Shown in pieces: positions 1-13,190 of a stretch of DNA of 64,000 bases. Origin of the DNA: Eledone cirrhosa (Eukaryota); contig OZ024740.1 of the NCBI GenBank assembly GCA_964016885.1, forward strand, positions 120,218,001 to 120,282,000, in the 5' to 3' direction. The translations under genes were made by a program, and so were the position numbers. The notes under the pieces are model-generated. The model was not told where the DNA came from, did no database searches, and worked only from the letters and a program-made list of their open reading frames with translations. Every line of letters begins with the position of its first letter. The stretch's first letter is position 1.

Positions 1-120
1 GCTATTTTCAGCAATTTGAACAAATATTTATAAGCCTCATATTTGATTAGTGATTTACTTTTAGAAAACTAAATAATTAATAGTATAAAAGTAAAGAAAT
101 CTCCCATGATTCATCCTTTC

Positions 121-305
121 ATTTGGCAGTATCGGTAGAGGGTCGGACACCATGCTTTGTAGCACAGTTACGTCCCTTTACGGACTGAGTTCAAATCCCG
201 CCGAGGTTAACTTTGCCTTTCATCCTTACGAGGTCGATAAAATAAAGTACCAGTAATACACTGGGATAATTGCTGGCCTTGTGCCAAAAAGTAGAAACAA
301 TTATT
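121..305 (+). mobile_element. tRNA-derived SINE family A (Meta-domain-like core), full copy
   Basis: A-box tggcagtatcggta, B-box gagttcaaatcc, core gcctttcatccttacgrggtcgataaaataaagtacc and tail gtagaaacaattatt. More than 12 copies occur in the window. Confidence 0.85.
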
Positions 306-630
306 ATATTTCAATTAATGGAAATTCTGGAGGGAGTTATTAAAATTATTAATTAGTATGTATTATGATAGCATTTGTAATAAATGTGTTTTACAAAGAA
401 TTGTTAGAGAAATTTAATTTAAATAGGAACTCTATAAAATTGGTGGTCTTTTTTCACAGACCAGGGAGAGTTTTGACTAGGTTAGTATCAAAATGGCTCA
501 TATTGAAATGTTTGAATTTGAAGAACTATTCCATGCACCAAGACAGAATAATAGAAGTAAAACAATATCACATTCAGACATTTAAATCAATTTATTAATG
601 AAAATCAAATTATTAATGAAAAAGTAAACC

Positions 631-749
631 ATTATTGTAATTGTTGACTTTGCCTTTCATCCTTACGGGGGCGATAAAATAAAAGTACCAGTAATGCACT
701 GGGTAATTGCTGGCCTTGTGCCTAAAGTAGAAACAATTATTGTAATTGT
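631..749 (+). mobile_element. 5'-truncated SINE family A with 14-bp TSD
   Basis: Core plus tail, flanked by attattgtaattgt at 631-644 and 736-749. Confidence 0.8.
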
Positions 750-3700
750 ATATATATATGAATGATTTTTATGATATACTTCCATGCTTTTTATAAGCTA
801 TTTGAATGATGTTGAGAATGTGACTTCACAACAGTAATTTATGTATTATTTTACACATATTTATGGAAGAAATCATTTTCATATACAAGCATATGACATC
901 ATTTAACATTCATTTTCCCCAGTAGCAAGAGATGAACTGGTTGACACAGACCATGTAAGTAGATATTTGGAGCTACTGGTCTCCCACTGACCTATTAAGT
1001 GCAAGAACATATATAAATATATGTATGCATACATTTGAATATAAATGCAAGCATGTAAATTAAGTTTCAACATTATCCACAAATGCACTGCCTCAGTACT
1101 GTAGTTAGTTAATGTGTGTGTGTGTGGGGGGGGGGGGATATTAAAGATAGCAATGGAATCCTGTAGCGAACTGGTGGTTTCAAATTCTTTGCCTTACGCA
1201 TTGAAGTTTGAAATCTGCAAAGATTGATATTATATAGTCATTCTTTCTCTCAAAAAGTTATTTACACTCACAGTAATTTATAATTATATATTTTGTAAAA
1301 TAGCACCCAAAATTCCATTGTCATAATTCATACATGGAGATAATCAATAATACTACAATATATGCATGTGTTTCTTGGTAGAGATAGGAGTGTTGTATTG
1401 CTATTTAGATAAATGGGTAGTGAATATAAGTGAAAGTCGGGGAAGTAAGGATGAGATTTGATGAATTTGAATGTAGAGAGACATTTATATGAGACTGAAC
1501 AGCACTATAAGGTGTTTATTTGCAAATCTATATGCTTTTCTTTTTACTGTGTAATCAGAGAGGGAAGGATCAATTCCAACAATTCGTTGTTCTTTTGTTC
1601 CATTGATCAAACAGTTGGAACACTCATTGATGAAACAGATAGAAATCCCAACAGAACAACACCCATGATTATGTCCACCACAAAAATACTGACATTTTAA
1701 AATTCAAGATTAGAAACTATGAATATAGTAATTGGACAATAACTGCAAAAGTAATCTGATGATATAAAAATTCAATTAGACTATGTTTATATGGCTACCA
1801 TTTAATCCATCAAATAGAATTGGAAAGACTTCCTCCACACCCACTAGAATATTAATGGACATGTAATTATTAATATAATTCAATTGTATTTTACAACCAT
1901 ATTCACAATAAGTGACTGAACGCAAATAAGGTTTGATGAAGATGTTTTACTGCTACAAAGCAAAAGAGCTGTTGATGTCAATTGACCAACTGGTGTACCA
2001 TCCAACATATCCATTAAAAGTGTTTGAGAGCAATTATAGATACCCAGAAGAGGAAATCAATCAATGTAATGATTAAATGATGCCTTGTATAAGAAGAGGA
2101 GATATGAATAATGATATTAACGAAGGCACTTACCAGGTTCCAAATGGGTAACTTGCTATCCTATTTACCTGATGAATATGGGAGTTTCTATATGATCATT
2201 CAACCTGCGAGAAGTAAATACCCATTCTGCTTCAAATTATAACACCCTAGCATCCTAACAAAGACATATTGCATAATATAATCTGCTGTACGATATGTCT
2301 AGAAAGACGACAGGTTATTCATCACTGGAAGGCATTTGATCATAAATCTGTTTGATCAGGGCCAGCATGTGGTTAAATAACAATAACATAACATTTACAG
2401 ATTAAATAATTGACTAACCAATGTGAATTTAGAAAATACAGGACCAACTAAATGTTGATAGATGGGATTTAACAAAGCCTGATGTAACATTGATCCTGTG
2501 ACCAACCAATAGTTGCATCTAATTATATATGATTAGAATTAGAAATGTTGATTTATCTTAAATATTTACACTCTTTGTTTTTAGTTACTCAATAACTTGC
2601 ATAACATCTAAGTCAAATATATTTAGTGTTGTACTGCCTGAGATATCTTTGGGTACACAATATCTTGTAAAGATTGACACAGAATCAGAACTTTCTATGC
2701 ATCAGATACACTGAAATTGTAAGGAATGGGTGCAAGATTAAACTAAAGACTTGGAGATATTCAGAATCATAGCTGAAAAAAATACTGAAACAATGTGATT
2801 CGAACAGAATATAGATCTAATGAATATAGATCTAGTGATTAAGGGATAAATATGTAGAGAAACTTCAAAGAAATAGTACCTGTGTTAGCAACAAAGTAGC
2901 TATCTCTCTTCACATCAAAAGCAAATGTATTGAGTAATTGTGAGCAAATAGTATTGAATATATGTGCAGTGTGATAATCATCATCATCGTTTACTGGCCA
3001 TTTTCCATGCTAACATGGGCTAGATGGTTCTTCCAGATATTTTATTGATTCAAATACCTACACATTATACGTTCAGTGTACAAGTATACTACAGATAATT
3101 TTACCTTTAACATAATCCTTAGACACTGTCAATGTCACATAGTGTGTAACAAAGCTAGCTCATTGAATTATAAGAACAGTCCATCTAAAGGACTTTCACA
3201 CAGTCTGCTCAATTTCACTCAAAAGGCTTGGGTCCACTAAAGAATGCACTTTTCTAAAGCTATGCAGTGTGATTGAACCTTGAATATCATTATTGTAAAA
3301 TATACTTTTTAACAACTTGGCTACTGGAGAAATTATTGCATTAATTTGTAGGTTTGTATAAATAAAATGCAAATGGATTTTAGAATTTAGGAATAATATT
3401 ATTAATTTATCATGTGAGTTCATTTGTACAACATAATAGGAAAGACAAAAGATAAAATTCTGAGTCGTTGGCCTTATAAATCATATCAAACATGACTAAG
3501 AAATATTTCAAAATATTGTAATGCAGATCCCCACACAAGCCAATGCAAACATAGTTGCCAGAATAATTATGAAGATGATTACAGACAGTAAATGTAACTG
3601 TATTGAAGTACAAAATCCAAAATATATATAATAATAATGACCATTTTATTTTTCTCTTTCAGACAGAAATATAATTAAAATTGAAATAACATTTTTTCCC

Positions 3701-4264
3701 AGCTCACATATTCTCAATCTCACCTACTCTGCAATCATAAACATATCAATGAACAAAAAATAAGTATATTCTTATATATCAATGTATTTTCCACCATATG
3801 TAAAGATAATTGTGTATGAAATAAGAAAAGAAAATGGGTGTATTTAATTGTAAATTTCACAGTTCTGTTGCTATGCAGAATTCTTATATTGTAAGCATTG
3901 TTGCTCAGTGAGCAGAAAATTTATTTAAACAGCCTACTAGTGAATTTGAGCCATTGAGTATTATTGGATATTATTGTGTATATTATGTCTTTTGTCATAA
4001 ATACAATATATGGACACTTAAGATATTTAATGATGTAAGTGACTGAAATAGTTACTAATAAAAGTATGGAAGTAAATATTAATCGTAATCCTGCTGCAGT
4101 AAGATATATTTCTCAAATAATTATCATGATGAATAGGAAATAATAGACCTTATGATTATCATGGAAAAATAGAGACCAGGTCCAACCATATAGGAACCAA
4201 ACTCCCACATTCACTACCTGTTTCTCCCTCTTTCCCCATCTCTCACTATTTTTAGCAAATAGGA

Positions 4265-4945
4265 GCCCAATAGCTGGCCACCCCACGGTCCCGGCAGACA
4301 GAATAGAGGTGTTTCCATGGAAGATGGTGAGGGAAGGCGACTGGCACTGTAATAACAGGACAGTGGATGGAAGTCAAAAGAAACTACGATGGATCTGCAG
4401 TGACATTTGTGTGACTCACAAATCTGGAGGTGAAGCCTCAGGGAAACCCAGATTCACAGGCTATCATTATCCAACTGCATGCTAGTCAAAAAGGAGGGTA
4501 AGGCATTGAGCTAGTCACCACCTTGGGGTTGCAAGTTTGAGTGAAAACATGTGAGGTAGCGCTGGTCAAGCTGGTGCGCTAGCCTGTCTGAGGATGGCAT
4601 CACATATGTTCTTGGGAGATTTGTCATCTACACAGGGAAGAGGAGGAGGGACGTCTACTGGGCATAGTCTGAGCTGGTTCCAAATCTCGCAGGCAGCCTA
4701 ACGTTCCTTAATCACAATGGGTTCCATTGTGTTGTGGAGAACCCTGTTGATGAGGACATGGCAAGAGGTTACCGACGAAAGAAATGCCAACAAAGCCAGT
4801 GAGACTGGAGACCAGAAACCAAAGCGACTATTTCTAACAGGTAAGATGGCTTGTTGCCATCCAAAGTCATCAAACCTGACATAGCATATCTTCTCAGCTG
4901 CCAATCAGATACAAGTGTGGAGGTCAGCAAGGATAACTAGTTAAG
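4265..4945 (-). mobile_element. Degenerate CRE-like (RLE) non-LTR retrotransposon fragment
   Basis: FDDFGWQQAILPVR peptide and colinear similarity to the copy at 48160-49625. Confidence 0.7.
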
Positions 4946-5493
4946 ACTGGAGTGGAATTATGTCACTATTGCCCAAAACACTATGATAGTGAGGAAATAC
5001 AGAAATGATTAAACAGAAAAAAAAAAAATACAATAATCTTAGGTTTCAAAATGAGATGCCTTATATATATAACCATGCAGGCCAATGGAGTTCATATAAA
5101 TATTTTGTTACCAGCACTTTTTCAACTTTGTTTTTCATCTTTATTATTTCATCTTAAACTGTTATTTTTTCTCTCATACCACTCCCTCTTACTACATTTT
5201 CTCCCAGCCACCCTCTTCTCTCTTTCTTTTTCTCTCTCAGTGGCATTTATTCTCAGTGGTATTTATCTCAAACTAAGTAGAAGAGAAAATATAATGTCAC
5301 TTGATAGAGAATAATGAAAAATAAATAAATAAAAATAAAATAAATCCCCAACACCTAACTTTTCTAACAATAAAAAGACAAAAATAAAGGTGAGCTGATT
5401 ATTTTTGACTTTAATCTTGTTTATTTATATTTCATTCAATTTAATTTTATCTTATTGTATTGCACAATTATTTTCTATTTTGCTGTTGAAAAA

Positions 5494-6293
5494 TCTGTAT
5501 ATATATAAAATTAAGTATGTCTGTGTGTCTGTGTATTACCTATAGGGGCCTACATCTTACGACCGATTTTCATGAAACTTTACAAGCTCATAGATTAGTC
5601 CTCGGGGAGGGTTTTCTATGTATCAACGTATAGTTTTTTTAATTCCGGGGTCATTCTGCAGATAAAAATCGATAGGGGGGGGTCACCTTTTTATAACGTA
5701 TCGAAAAATAAGATTTTTGGCTCTAGCTCCCACATTTTGCCACCTATTTTGTTCAAATTTTAAAGCAAAATAGAATTTATCATTGCACATCGTGTAATGG
5801 CTTTATATTTTGCATTTGTTGGTCAGGGACGTCGTGGCAGCCGCTTAAATATTCAAAAATACCACTTTTAGACTCAAATTTCCACTTTTTGGTCTCTAGC
5901 TCCCACATTAATCAACCTACTTTGTTCAAATTTTACACTACGCTAGATCTGATTATTTCACGTCTTAAGTGGCTTTAGATTTTGGATTTTTTGTTCAGGA
6001 ACGGCATGGCAGCCGCTTAAATATTATACCACCTTTTCGCTCAAATTTTCGCTTTTTCGGCTCTAGCTCCCACATTTTTCAACCGATTTCGTTCAAATTC
6101 GAAACTCCCTCCCCCAGCATGCCCCTTAGTCAGTCACCCGTGGTTCTCAGTGATATAGGTCATCACCATCCTCCCCGCATGGCCTGTGTGTGGCCATAGA
6201 TGAGTCATCGAGAAGCAGTCGCTAAGATCAACACCTTTTCATCAAAGCAGATATTATTTTACCTACCCTGGCAACGCTGGGTAATGCTTCTAG
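5494..6293 (+). mobile_element. Non-autonomous Helitron
   Basis: A|TC 5' end, CTAG|T 3' end, subterminal hairpin taccc..gggta, no TSD, and three internal repeats of ctctagctcccacat. A homologue lies at 45940-46795. Confidence 0.8.
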
Positions 6294-6396
6294 TTAAAAA
6301 TAAAATAAAAGATAATGATATTTCTATTTTCTTCCCGTACACATTTTTAAAGCTCTTAACTCATTATATTCCAAAGCTCTCTGGCAGGGAAAATGA

Positions 6397-6443
<47 letters not shown>

Positions 6444-6558
6444 TTAGTTAAGCAAAACAAGACCACAAATTTCACAAGGAAGACATTATTAAAAGATTGT
6501 CAACATATTTTAGTTTGATGTAAGGAATGTAGAGAATAATAATAATAATATTAATAAT

Positions 6559-6693
6559 TTCCGTTTACAATTGTTTCGCTACTCCATATAATATTTCTGG
6601 ATCAGATGACTATATATCATTATTGATCTGGTTCAGTTGAAAATAATTAACATATTTAAAAACAGAGCGGCTCATCGGAACTTCAAAGGAATA
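6559..6693 (-). ncRNA. Hammerhead ribozyme motif (type I), left pLTR copy
   Basis: Reverse complement of 7987-8122. Confidence 0.7.
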
Positions 6694-6889
6694 TAAATTA
6701 AAATAAGGAGAGAATGTTACATAATGTAATGTTCCATATATTGGTATTTCACTATGGTGTCCTGGTTGTATCAGTTGTCAGCCATAATCAAGCAGTATTC
6801 ATCTGTCGAGGCTGCATTGTGTGAGATCTGCCTATGGGTAACAAGATGGCTGCCAAAGGACATATTTACTTTACTAATTAGAGGGTGGT

Positions 6890-7621
6890 TTCTTCTCTAT
6901 CCTATCTAAATATTTCCCCCCCAACCATAGAAATTACAAAATCTTTAATAAAAATAACATTAAAATCTCATTCTCCACAACACCTAACCTAGCTAGCCAC
7001 ATCGCATTCAGTAACCATCATAAACTAAGACAGTATAACTCCCACATCGCGGTACCACCACCCCTATCAAATACACCACACCACTACACCAATAATTACT
7101 CTAGTAGCACACCTCCCCCATCTAATCCTTCTAGCACTGACCAACCGCTTAGGTTAAACTACCCTACTCTCACTAACCGCAGAAGCAACTGCAACTGCCG
7201 ATACCCTAATGCATGCTCATTAAATGGACACTGCCTGACACCCAACATAGTCTATAGGTGCACGGTTAAAACTGCTTCGAATACCAGCTCTTATATCGGG
7301 TCTACCTTTAACTCTTTTAAGGTACGCTATAACGCGCACTCTTTTTCCTTTCGAGACCCTAGCAACAGATGTTCGATATCTCTAGCTAGGCTCATTAAAA
7401 ACCTTAAATTAAGCAACATTGAACACTCACTAAAATGGGATATCGTGGCTAGGGCCCAACCGTTCAATGGACGAAGAAAATCTTGTGATCTCTGTATTAC
7501 CAAAGCATATTATATAACTCTATCACGACCTCTACCGATTAACGATAGAACGGAGGTAACTATTAGATGTCAACATCAAAGGGCTACTTCCTTCGCCAAT
7601 AGAATATTTGACCCAACATAG
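6890..7621 (+). pseudogene. PLE ORF 3' part: RT thumb, linker and GIY-YIG endonuclease; 243 open codons, no start
   Basis: Hand translation: FFSILSKYFPPNHRNYKIFNKNNIKISFSTTPNL...CNCRYPNACSLNGHCLTPNIVYRC...YIGSTFNSFKVRYNAH...LKWDIV...CDLCITKA...INDRTEVTIRCQH...stop (TAG 7619-7621). Confidence 0.9.
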
Positions 7622-7986
7622 TCATCTAGCCCCATGTTTACTTGTAGCTAATAAATTAAATAGCTATAACTAACTTAGATAATTATAAGTTACCTCCCCT
7701 ACATTGTCTCTCAATTAAAAATTTAAAAATTAGCACTTAACTATAAACTACCCACAATTTTTAATCTCTCAAGGAGTTACTTCCCCTAAAACCACCCTCT
7801 AATTAGTAAGGTAAATATGTCCTTTGGCAGCCATCTTGTTACCCATAGGCAGATCTCACACAATGCAGCCTCGACAAATGAATACTGCTTGATTATGGCT
7901 GACAACTGATACAACCAGGACACCATAGTGAAATACCAATATATGGAACATTACATTTTGTAACATTCTCTCCTTATTTTAATTTA

Positions 7987-8122
7987 TATTCCTTTGAAGT
8001 TCCGATGAGCCGCTCTGTTTTTAAATATGTTAATTATTTTCAACTGAATCAGATCAATAATGATATATAGTCATCTGATCCAGAAATATTATATGGAGTA
8101 GCGAAACAATTGTAAACGGAAA
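7987..8122 (+). ncRNA. Hammerhead ribozyme motif (type I, U4C variant, large stem II)
   Basis: gtt-CCGAUGA-gccgctct...ggagtagc-GAAA-caatt-GUA-aac. Stem III is the palindrome acaattgt, and stem I is extended by ttcc/ggaa. Confidence 0.7.
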
Positions 8123-8432
8123 TTATTATTATTAATATTATTATTCTCTACATTCCTTACATCAAACTAAAATATGTTGACAATCTTTTAATAATGTCTT
8201 CCTTGTGAAATTGGTGGTCTTGTTTTGCTTAACTAATGAATATTTCCAGCTCTGCGCACCTAACTTCTGCATGAACCCAGCCACCTAGCTGCTTTCTACT
8301 GCATATTGCACATTGAGCACATGCCTTTACGCTTTGGCTTCTAACTAATTCACCAATCTCTCCTCTCCTATCTCCATCTCTCTCTTTAAGATTGGTTACT
8401 CTTGAACTGTGTGTGTATATATATATATATAT

Positions 8433-8471
<39 letters not shown>

Positions 8472-8720
8472 GTTTAACATCTATTTTCCATGCTAGCATG
8501 GGTTAGATTGTTTGTCCCATTTGAGGTAAGTTGGATCTGGTGACTGTATCAAACTCATATAGGACTGTTTCTGGCTAGATGGCTGAATGCCCTTCTTAAT
8601 GTCATCCACATTTACAGTGTGTGTTGGGTGTTTTTTGCCGTGACTCCCACATGACCATTTTACAGTGTGGGCTGGGTGCTTTTTGTTGTGACACTGTATG
8701 GGGTACAGTGGTTAAGAGGT
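8433..8720 (-). mobile_element. Degenerate RTE LINE 3' end with (GAT)n tail
   Basis: (atc)n run followed by gtttaacatctattttccatgctagcatggg, and tttacagtgtg motifs shared with the other RTE tails. Confidence 0.65.
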
Positions 8721-8805
8721 GCCTACTAGGTGTGTGTTTGTGCACATGGGAAGGCGTGTCTTCTCTATTACTGCTAAACACCAAAGATTTCTGTTATATA
8801 TACAA

Positions 8806-8891
<86 letters not shown>

Positions 8892-11117
8892 TAGTATAGT
8901 ACCTATTACAAATGGAGTTCTTGGTAGAAAATCTAATACTTTCTTGATTACAATATTCTAAGAAAAGCTAATCGAATCCTTATTTTTCCTTGATCTACTT
9001 CTTGTGACTCCAGCCATTACTGTATTTAATTTTACATTAATTTAAATCACTTACAATAGTTATCTTTCAAGTTTTCTTTTATCACTGTCAAACATCTCTC
9101 TATGCCTTCATCTGTCTTTCTGTGTGTATGCCTGTCTCTCTCTCTTTCTATCTATATGTAAATCTGCATATTTGTCTATCTATCTACCTATCTATCTATT
9201 TAGCTATCTTCAGGCTGCTATTGAGATTTGCTGTTGCTGTTCTTGTCTGGAGATAGATATATTGGTAGATATATATATAACTAGACAACTCAAGATTGGC
9301 AGACAGACAGATAGATAAGTAGATAGGTATGTAGAGAGAGAAATAGAGGGATAGGTAGGTACAGAGCAGGATTTAATGTGGCAAAAGGGGTACTGCAAAT
9401 TGAATGACTTAACCACACAGCCAAGCCTGCAACTATTCTTTTTCCAAAATGATTTAAATAAAAAGAAAATAGGCCAACTTATTTCAAATTTACGCCCATT
9501 TTTTCATAATAAATATGAAAAATAAATTAGTTGAAAAAATTTAATTACTTTATAAGAGATAACAAATCATAATCTAATTAAACCAATGAAATTGTTATCA
9601 CTATCATAGAAAGTAATTATTCAAATAATTTTTTTACAAATTTTTATTTCTGTTGTTTTAACAACAAACTCAAAATATTTCAGACTTAATAATACACTGG
9701 AGGATTTTCAGGTCTGAGACTGTACATTCTTAAGAATATGTAAAGTGGAAAAACCCTTTAAGATTTGATACAATTAAAATATTGAGTCAAGTGATAAAGC
9801 AATGTGATTAGTGTTTCCTAATGTGGGTTCTAAAAAGCCTCAGGATTCCATGAAAAATGATGGGGTTCTGCAAGATAAGATGTCTTTTAGTAAAATGTAA
9901 AAACATTTTTTAATATAAATGTCTCTCTAAAACAATTTCCATTTCATTTAGTATCAAACTAAAATTAAAATAGTAAGGATTGTATATAGCATATAAGTAT
10001 GGATTCCCTTCTTTTGGGAAATGTATGTAAGTGTTCCATAATATAATTTCAGGAACCACTGAACTGATCTATATTTAGCATGATAGAATAACGACTGAAA
10101 CAACAAATATTGAATCACACATTTAGAAGCATTGGGCAAATTACTTTAGGGTAAATCATTGAAACTGCAGGTGGTCTAAAAGCTGATATGTATATTTAAA
10201 TGTTTGTAATCTATCATCCATTCCATTTCTTCCTTCCTATCAATTCTTCGAGCCAACTCAATTCGAGTCGCTGATTTCTATCCTTCGATGTAATGTTTTA
10301 CCCAATGCTATTTCAACGTCATTTTGCTGTTTTAACAGCTTCCTTACGCCAAGTTTTTCAATTTTCCTATGAATTCTAATACACTCATGTTTTCAAAACT
10401 TGATATTCAAGTTAATTTTGTTTATAAATTACTTCAACACAGATTTATTGATCATGAAAATAGCTTAAAAGGTTATACACATAAGCCACTAGAAACAGAA
10501 AAATGTGAACAGCATCATTAACACAGTCCTCTTTCCAAATATATGGTACCCTAATTCCAAATATATGGTTTATTGTAAATGTTGTATGTAAAATATGCAA
10601 CTTAAGTATGGTTAATATGATATCACATGACTGACTCAAATTTTATATAAAACAAATACACTTGAGAATTTATTGATGAAATCTATGAATTAAAAGTCTA
10701 GTTATATAATGTTATTCCAAGAAAGGTTAAATCATTATTCAATTGTGAGTTTTAGTACGAATTGTCTTAGTGGTTAACTCTATTTTGAGAGGATATTTTC
10801 CATCCTTGTAATTCAATATATCAGGATATTACTAAACATTAACTCCCAACAAAAAGCAATATATGTTAACAATAATGTAAGGACAAATTAAAGACCTGTT
10901 GCTAATCATAATGCAGATGTTCTATATAATCGATTCTAAACAGTATTTCTTTTATATTTATTGAGGAGAATTTGATAGAGGACCTTCTAAAGTTGAAGTA
11001 CAGTGAAGTGTGTATCCACAAGGTATGTTTATTAATAAATGTGTTAAAAATAAGATTCAGGCATAATTTTTAACAAACTAGTTTATTTTGATATTAAATT
11101 AAAAGGTTAATGCCATT

Positions 11118-11307
11118 GCTGGATTGGAAGTATCGGTAGAGGGTCGGGCACCATGCTTTGACGCATTGAGTTACGGCCCTTGCCATTCTGAGTTCAAATC
11201 CCGCCGAGGTTAACTTAGCCTTTCATCCTTACGGGGTCGATAAAATAAAGTACCAGTAATACACTGGGTAATTTCTCGCCTTGTGCCAAAAGTAGAAACA
11301 ATTATTA
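11118..11307 (+). mobile_element. SINE family A
   Basis: A/B boxes, core and tail as at 121-305. Confidence 0.85.
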
Positions 11308-12398
11308 ATTTATGGGAAATTTGAACAACGTTAAGCTCAGTGTATCCTGATTTTAAGCTTACTACCTCTTATGGTTAGCTTAGGCTTTTATAACTTTAAG
11401 AAGAATGAAATACAAGGCACTAATTCTTATGTGAAATTTGGATGTAAATGGGGTATTTATACCATTGATGATTATATGTATAGTAATTTTTGCTTCCATT
11501 GTTAATTGATAAACAGCACAAGCATTTTAGGGCCATATACACTGCTAAAGCAGAGGTTAGCCAGGTGAGTCTCATATTTTGCTGTATTATCAACATCTCA
11601 CAAAACCACAGGATTTCATTTCTTCTTCCATCTTATTTCGCAATGACTGTCTTAGTCGTCTTCTTCCTCTACTTCCTTCCTCATTTGTTTTTATTATGCT
11701 TTTCCCTAAGTTCTTTTAATACTTTGTCATTTTATAACCTCTATTTTTAAATGAAAATAAGTAAAATTGAATTTATTCTGGAATATATACAATTCTGGAC
11801 TTTTACAACTACTACCATTAATTATGATTAGCAACAGGTGTTTTAATACTCTAGCTGTTGAGAAGATATTTCAGATTTATTTATCTGTCAAATATAATAT
11901 TTCATCATGCTTAACCATAAGGTTGTACATGTGCAAACCAGCTGATTATAGATTAATATAAAGATTTTGAAAGTAGACTCTGCTAAATAATTGAGCATTT
12001 CGACAAGATAAGATGGCTTCTAAATAAATCCAACCCACCAAAAAACATTGTTGTTTTCCTTTCATATATGAATGAATTCTCTTTCTAAAATGATATTTGT
12101 TTCATTTAACATCTTATTGAAATAGAGGGGCAAGCTTTGTCTAGAAAATACAAGTATGGAGAACCCATATTTATATCGTAAAAGGGCTCTACAACAAAAT
12201 AAGTTTGAGAGCAACTGGTCTAATGTTGTCTAATATAAGAATGATTCAAACTTGTGGATGCATATAGTTGATTAAATCAACCCAAATGCCAATGTGTACT
12301 TTAGTGTATCAGCCTACGATTAAAGAAAAGCAAAGTTCACCTCAGTTGGATTTGAAACAAGAATGTCTGTAACAAAATTCCACACAATTCTTCTGATG

Positions 12399-12572
12399 TA
12401 ATAATTGTTTCTACTTTTGGCATAAGGCCAGCAATTATCCCAGTTACTTTATTTTATCGACCCCGTAAGGATAAAAGGCAAAGTTAACCTCGGTGGGATT
12501 TGAACTCAGACCATAAAGGGACGTAACTATGCTAGAAAGCATGTTGTCCAACCCTCTACCGATACTGCCAAT
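12399..12572 (-). mobile_element. SINE family A
   Basis: Reverse complement of family A, flanked by a tgtaataat duplication. Confidence 0.85.
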
Positions 12573-12851
12573 TCTGTAATAATATTATATAATGATATAA
12601 TGAAAATGATTGTGTACAGTACTCTGGTGCACTGCAACTCATCAAAGGTTTATGTGTTGTACATGGAATAATGTATAAATGTCAGGAAAGTGAATAGTGT
12701 ATGAGTCATCATCGACACATACACACACACACATCCATGCATATATATGGAGGGGGAATATCAGGTGTAGTGTTGGCAAACCTCTAATATTAAACCTTTC
12801 ATTAGCAACCGTATTGCTAATGGAAGCACTTCCTAAATTATTCCAACCAAA

Positions 12852-13190
12852 TGGAGGCACATGGCTTAGTGGTTAGAGCATTGGTCTTGCAATCGAAAGG
12901 TTGTGAGTTCAATTCTCAGACCGGGTGATGTGTTGTGTCCTTGAGCAAGACACTTTATTTCACATTGTTCCAGTTTACTCAGCTGTAGAAATGAGATGAT
13001 AGGAACTGGGGTCCCTATCATTCCACTGCAAAGTGGTCGTGGAGGTGCCACGGCAAAAAAGCACCCAGCACTCACTGTAAATGAGGTTGGTGTTAGGAAG
13101 GGCATCCAGCTGTAGAAATCAAGCCAGAATCAGTTCCTTGCAAGCAGGGAAAAAGCGGACGTAAAATGAAATGATGAAATGAAATGATGA
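12852..13190 (+). mobile_element. tRNA/CORE SINE family B with RTE-derived 3' tail
   Basis: A-box tggcttagtggttag, B-box gagttcaattc, CORE-like tgtgtccttgagcaagacactt, and a tail nearly identical to the RTE 3' UTR at 29600-29755. Confidence 0.85.

Larger units (their letters stand above)
6437..8243 (+). mobile_element. 5'-truncated Penelope-like retroelement (Naiad-type) with inverted pseudo-LTR
   Basis: 455-bp inverted arms at 6437-6891 and 7789-8243 with few mismatches enclose a GIY-YIG ORF fragment. Each arm contains a hammerhead motif. Confidence 0.9.

Noticed and set aside
121-200. tRNA gene candidates at SINE heads
   Set aside because: A/B boxes are present, but they run into SINE core and tail sequence in many diverged copies. 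No convincing cloverleaf.
5700-6105. Regularly spaced repeats resembling a CRISPR array
   Set aside because: Eukaryotic context, spacers homologous to each other, and no cas genes. These are internal Helitron repeats.
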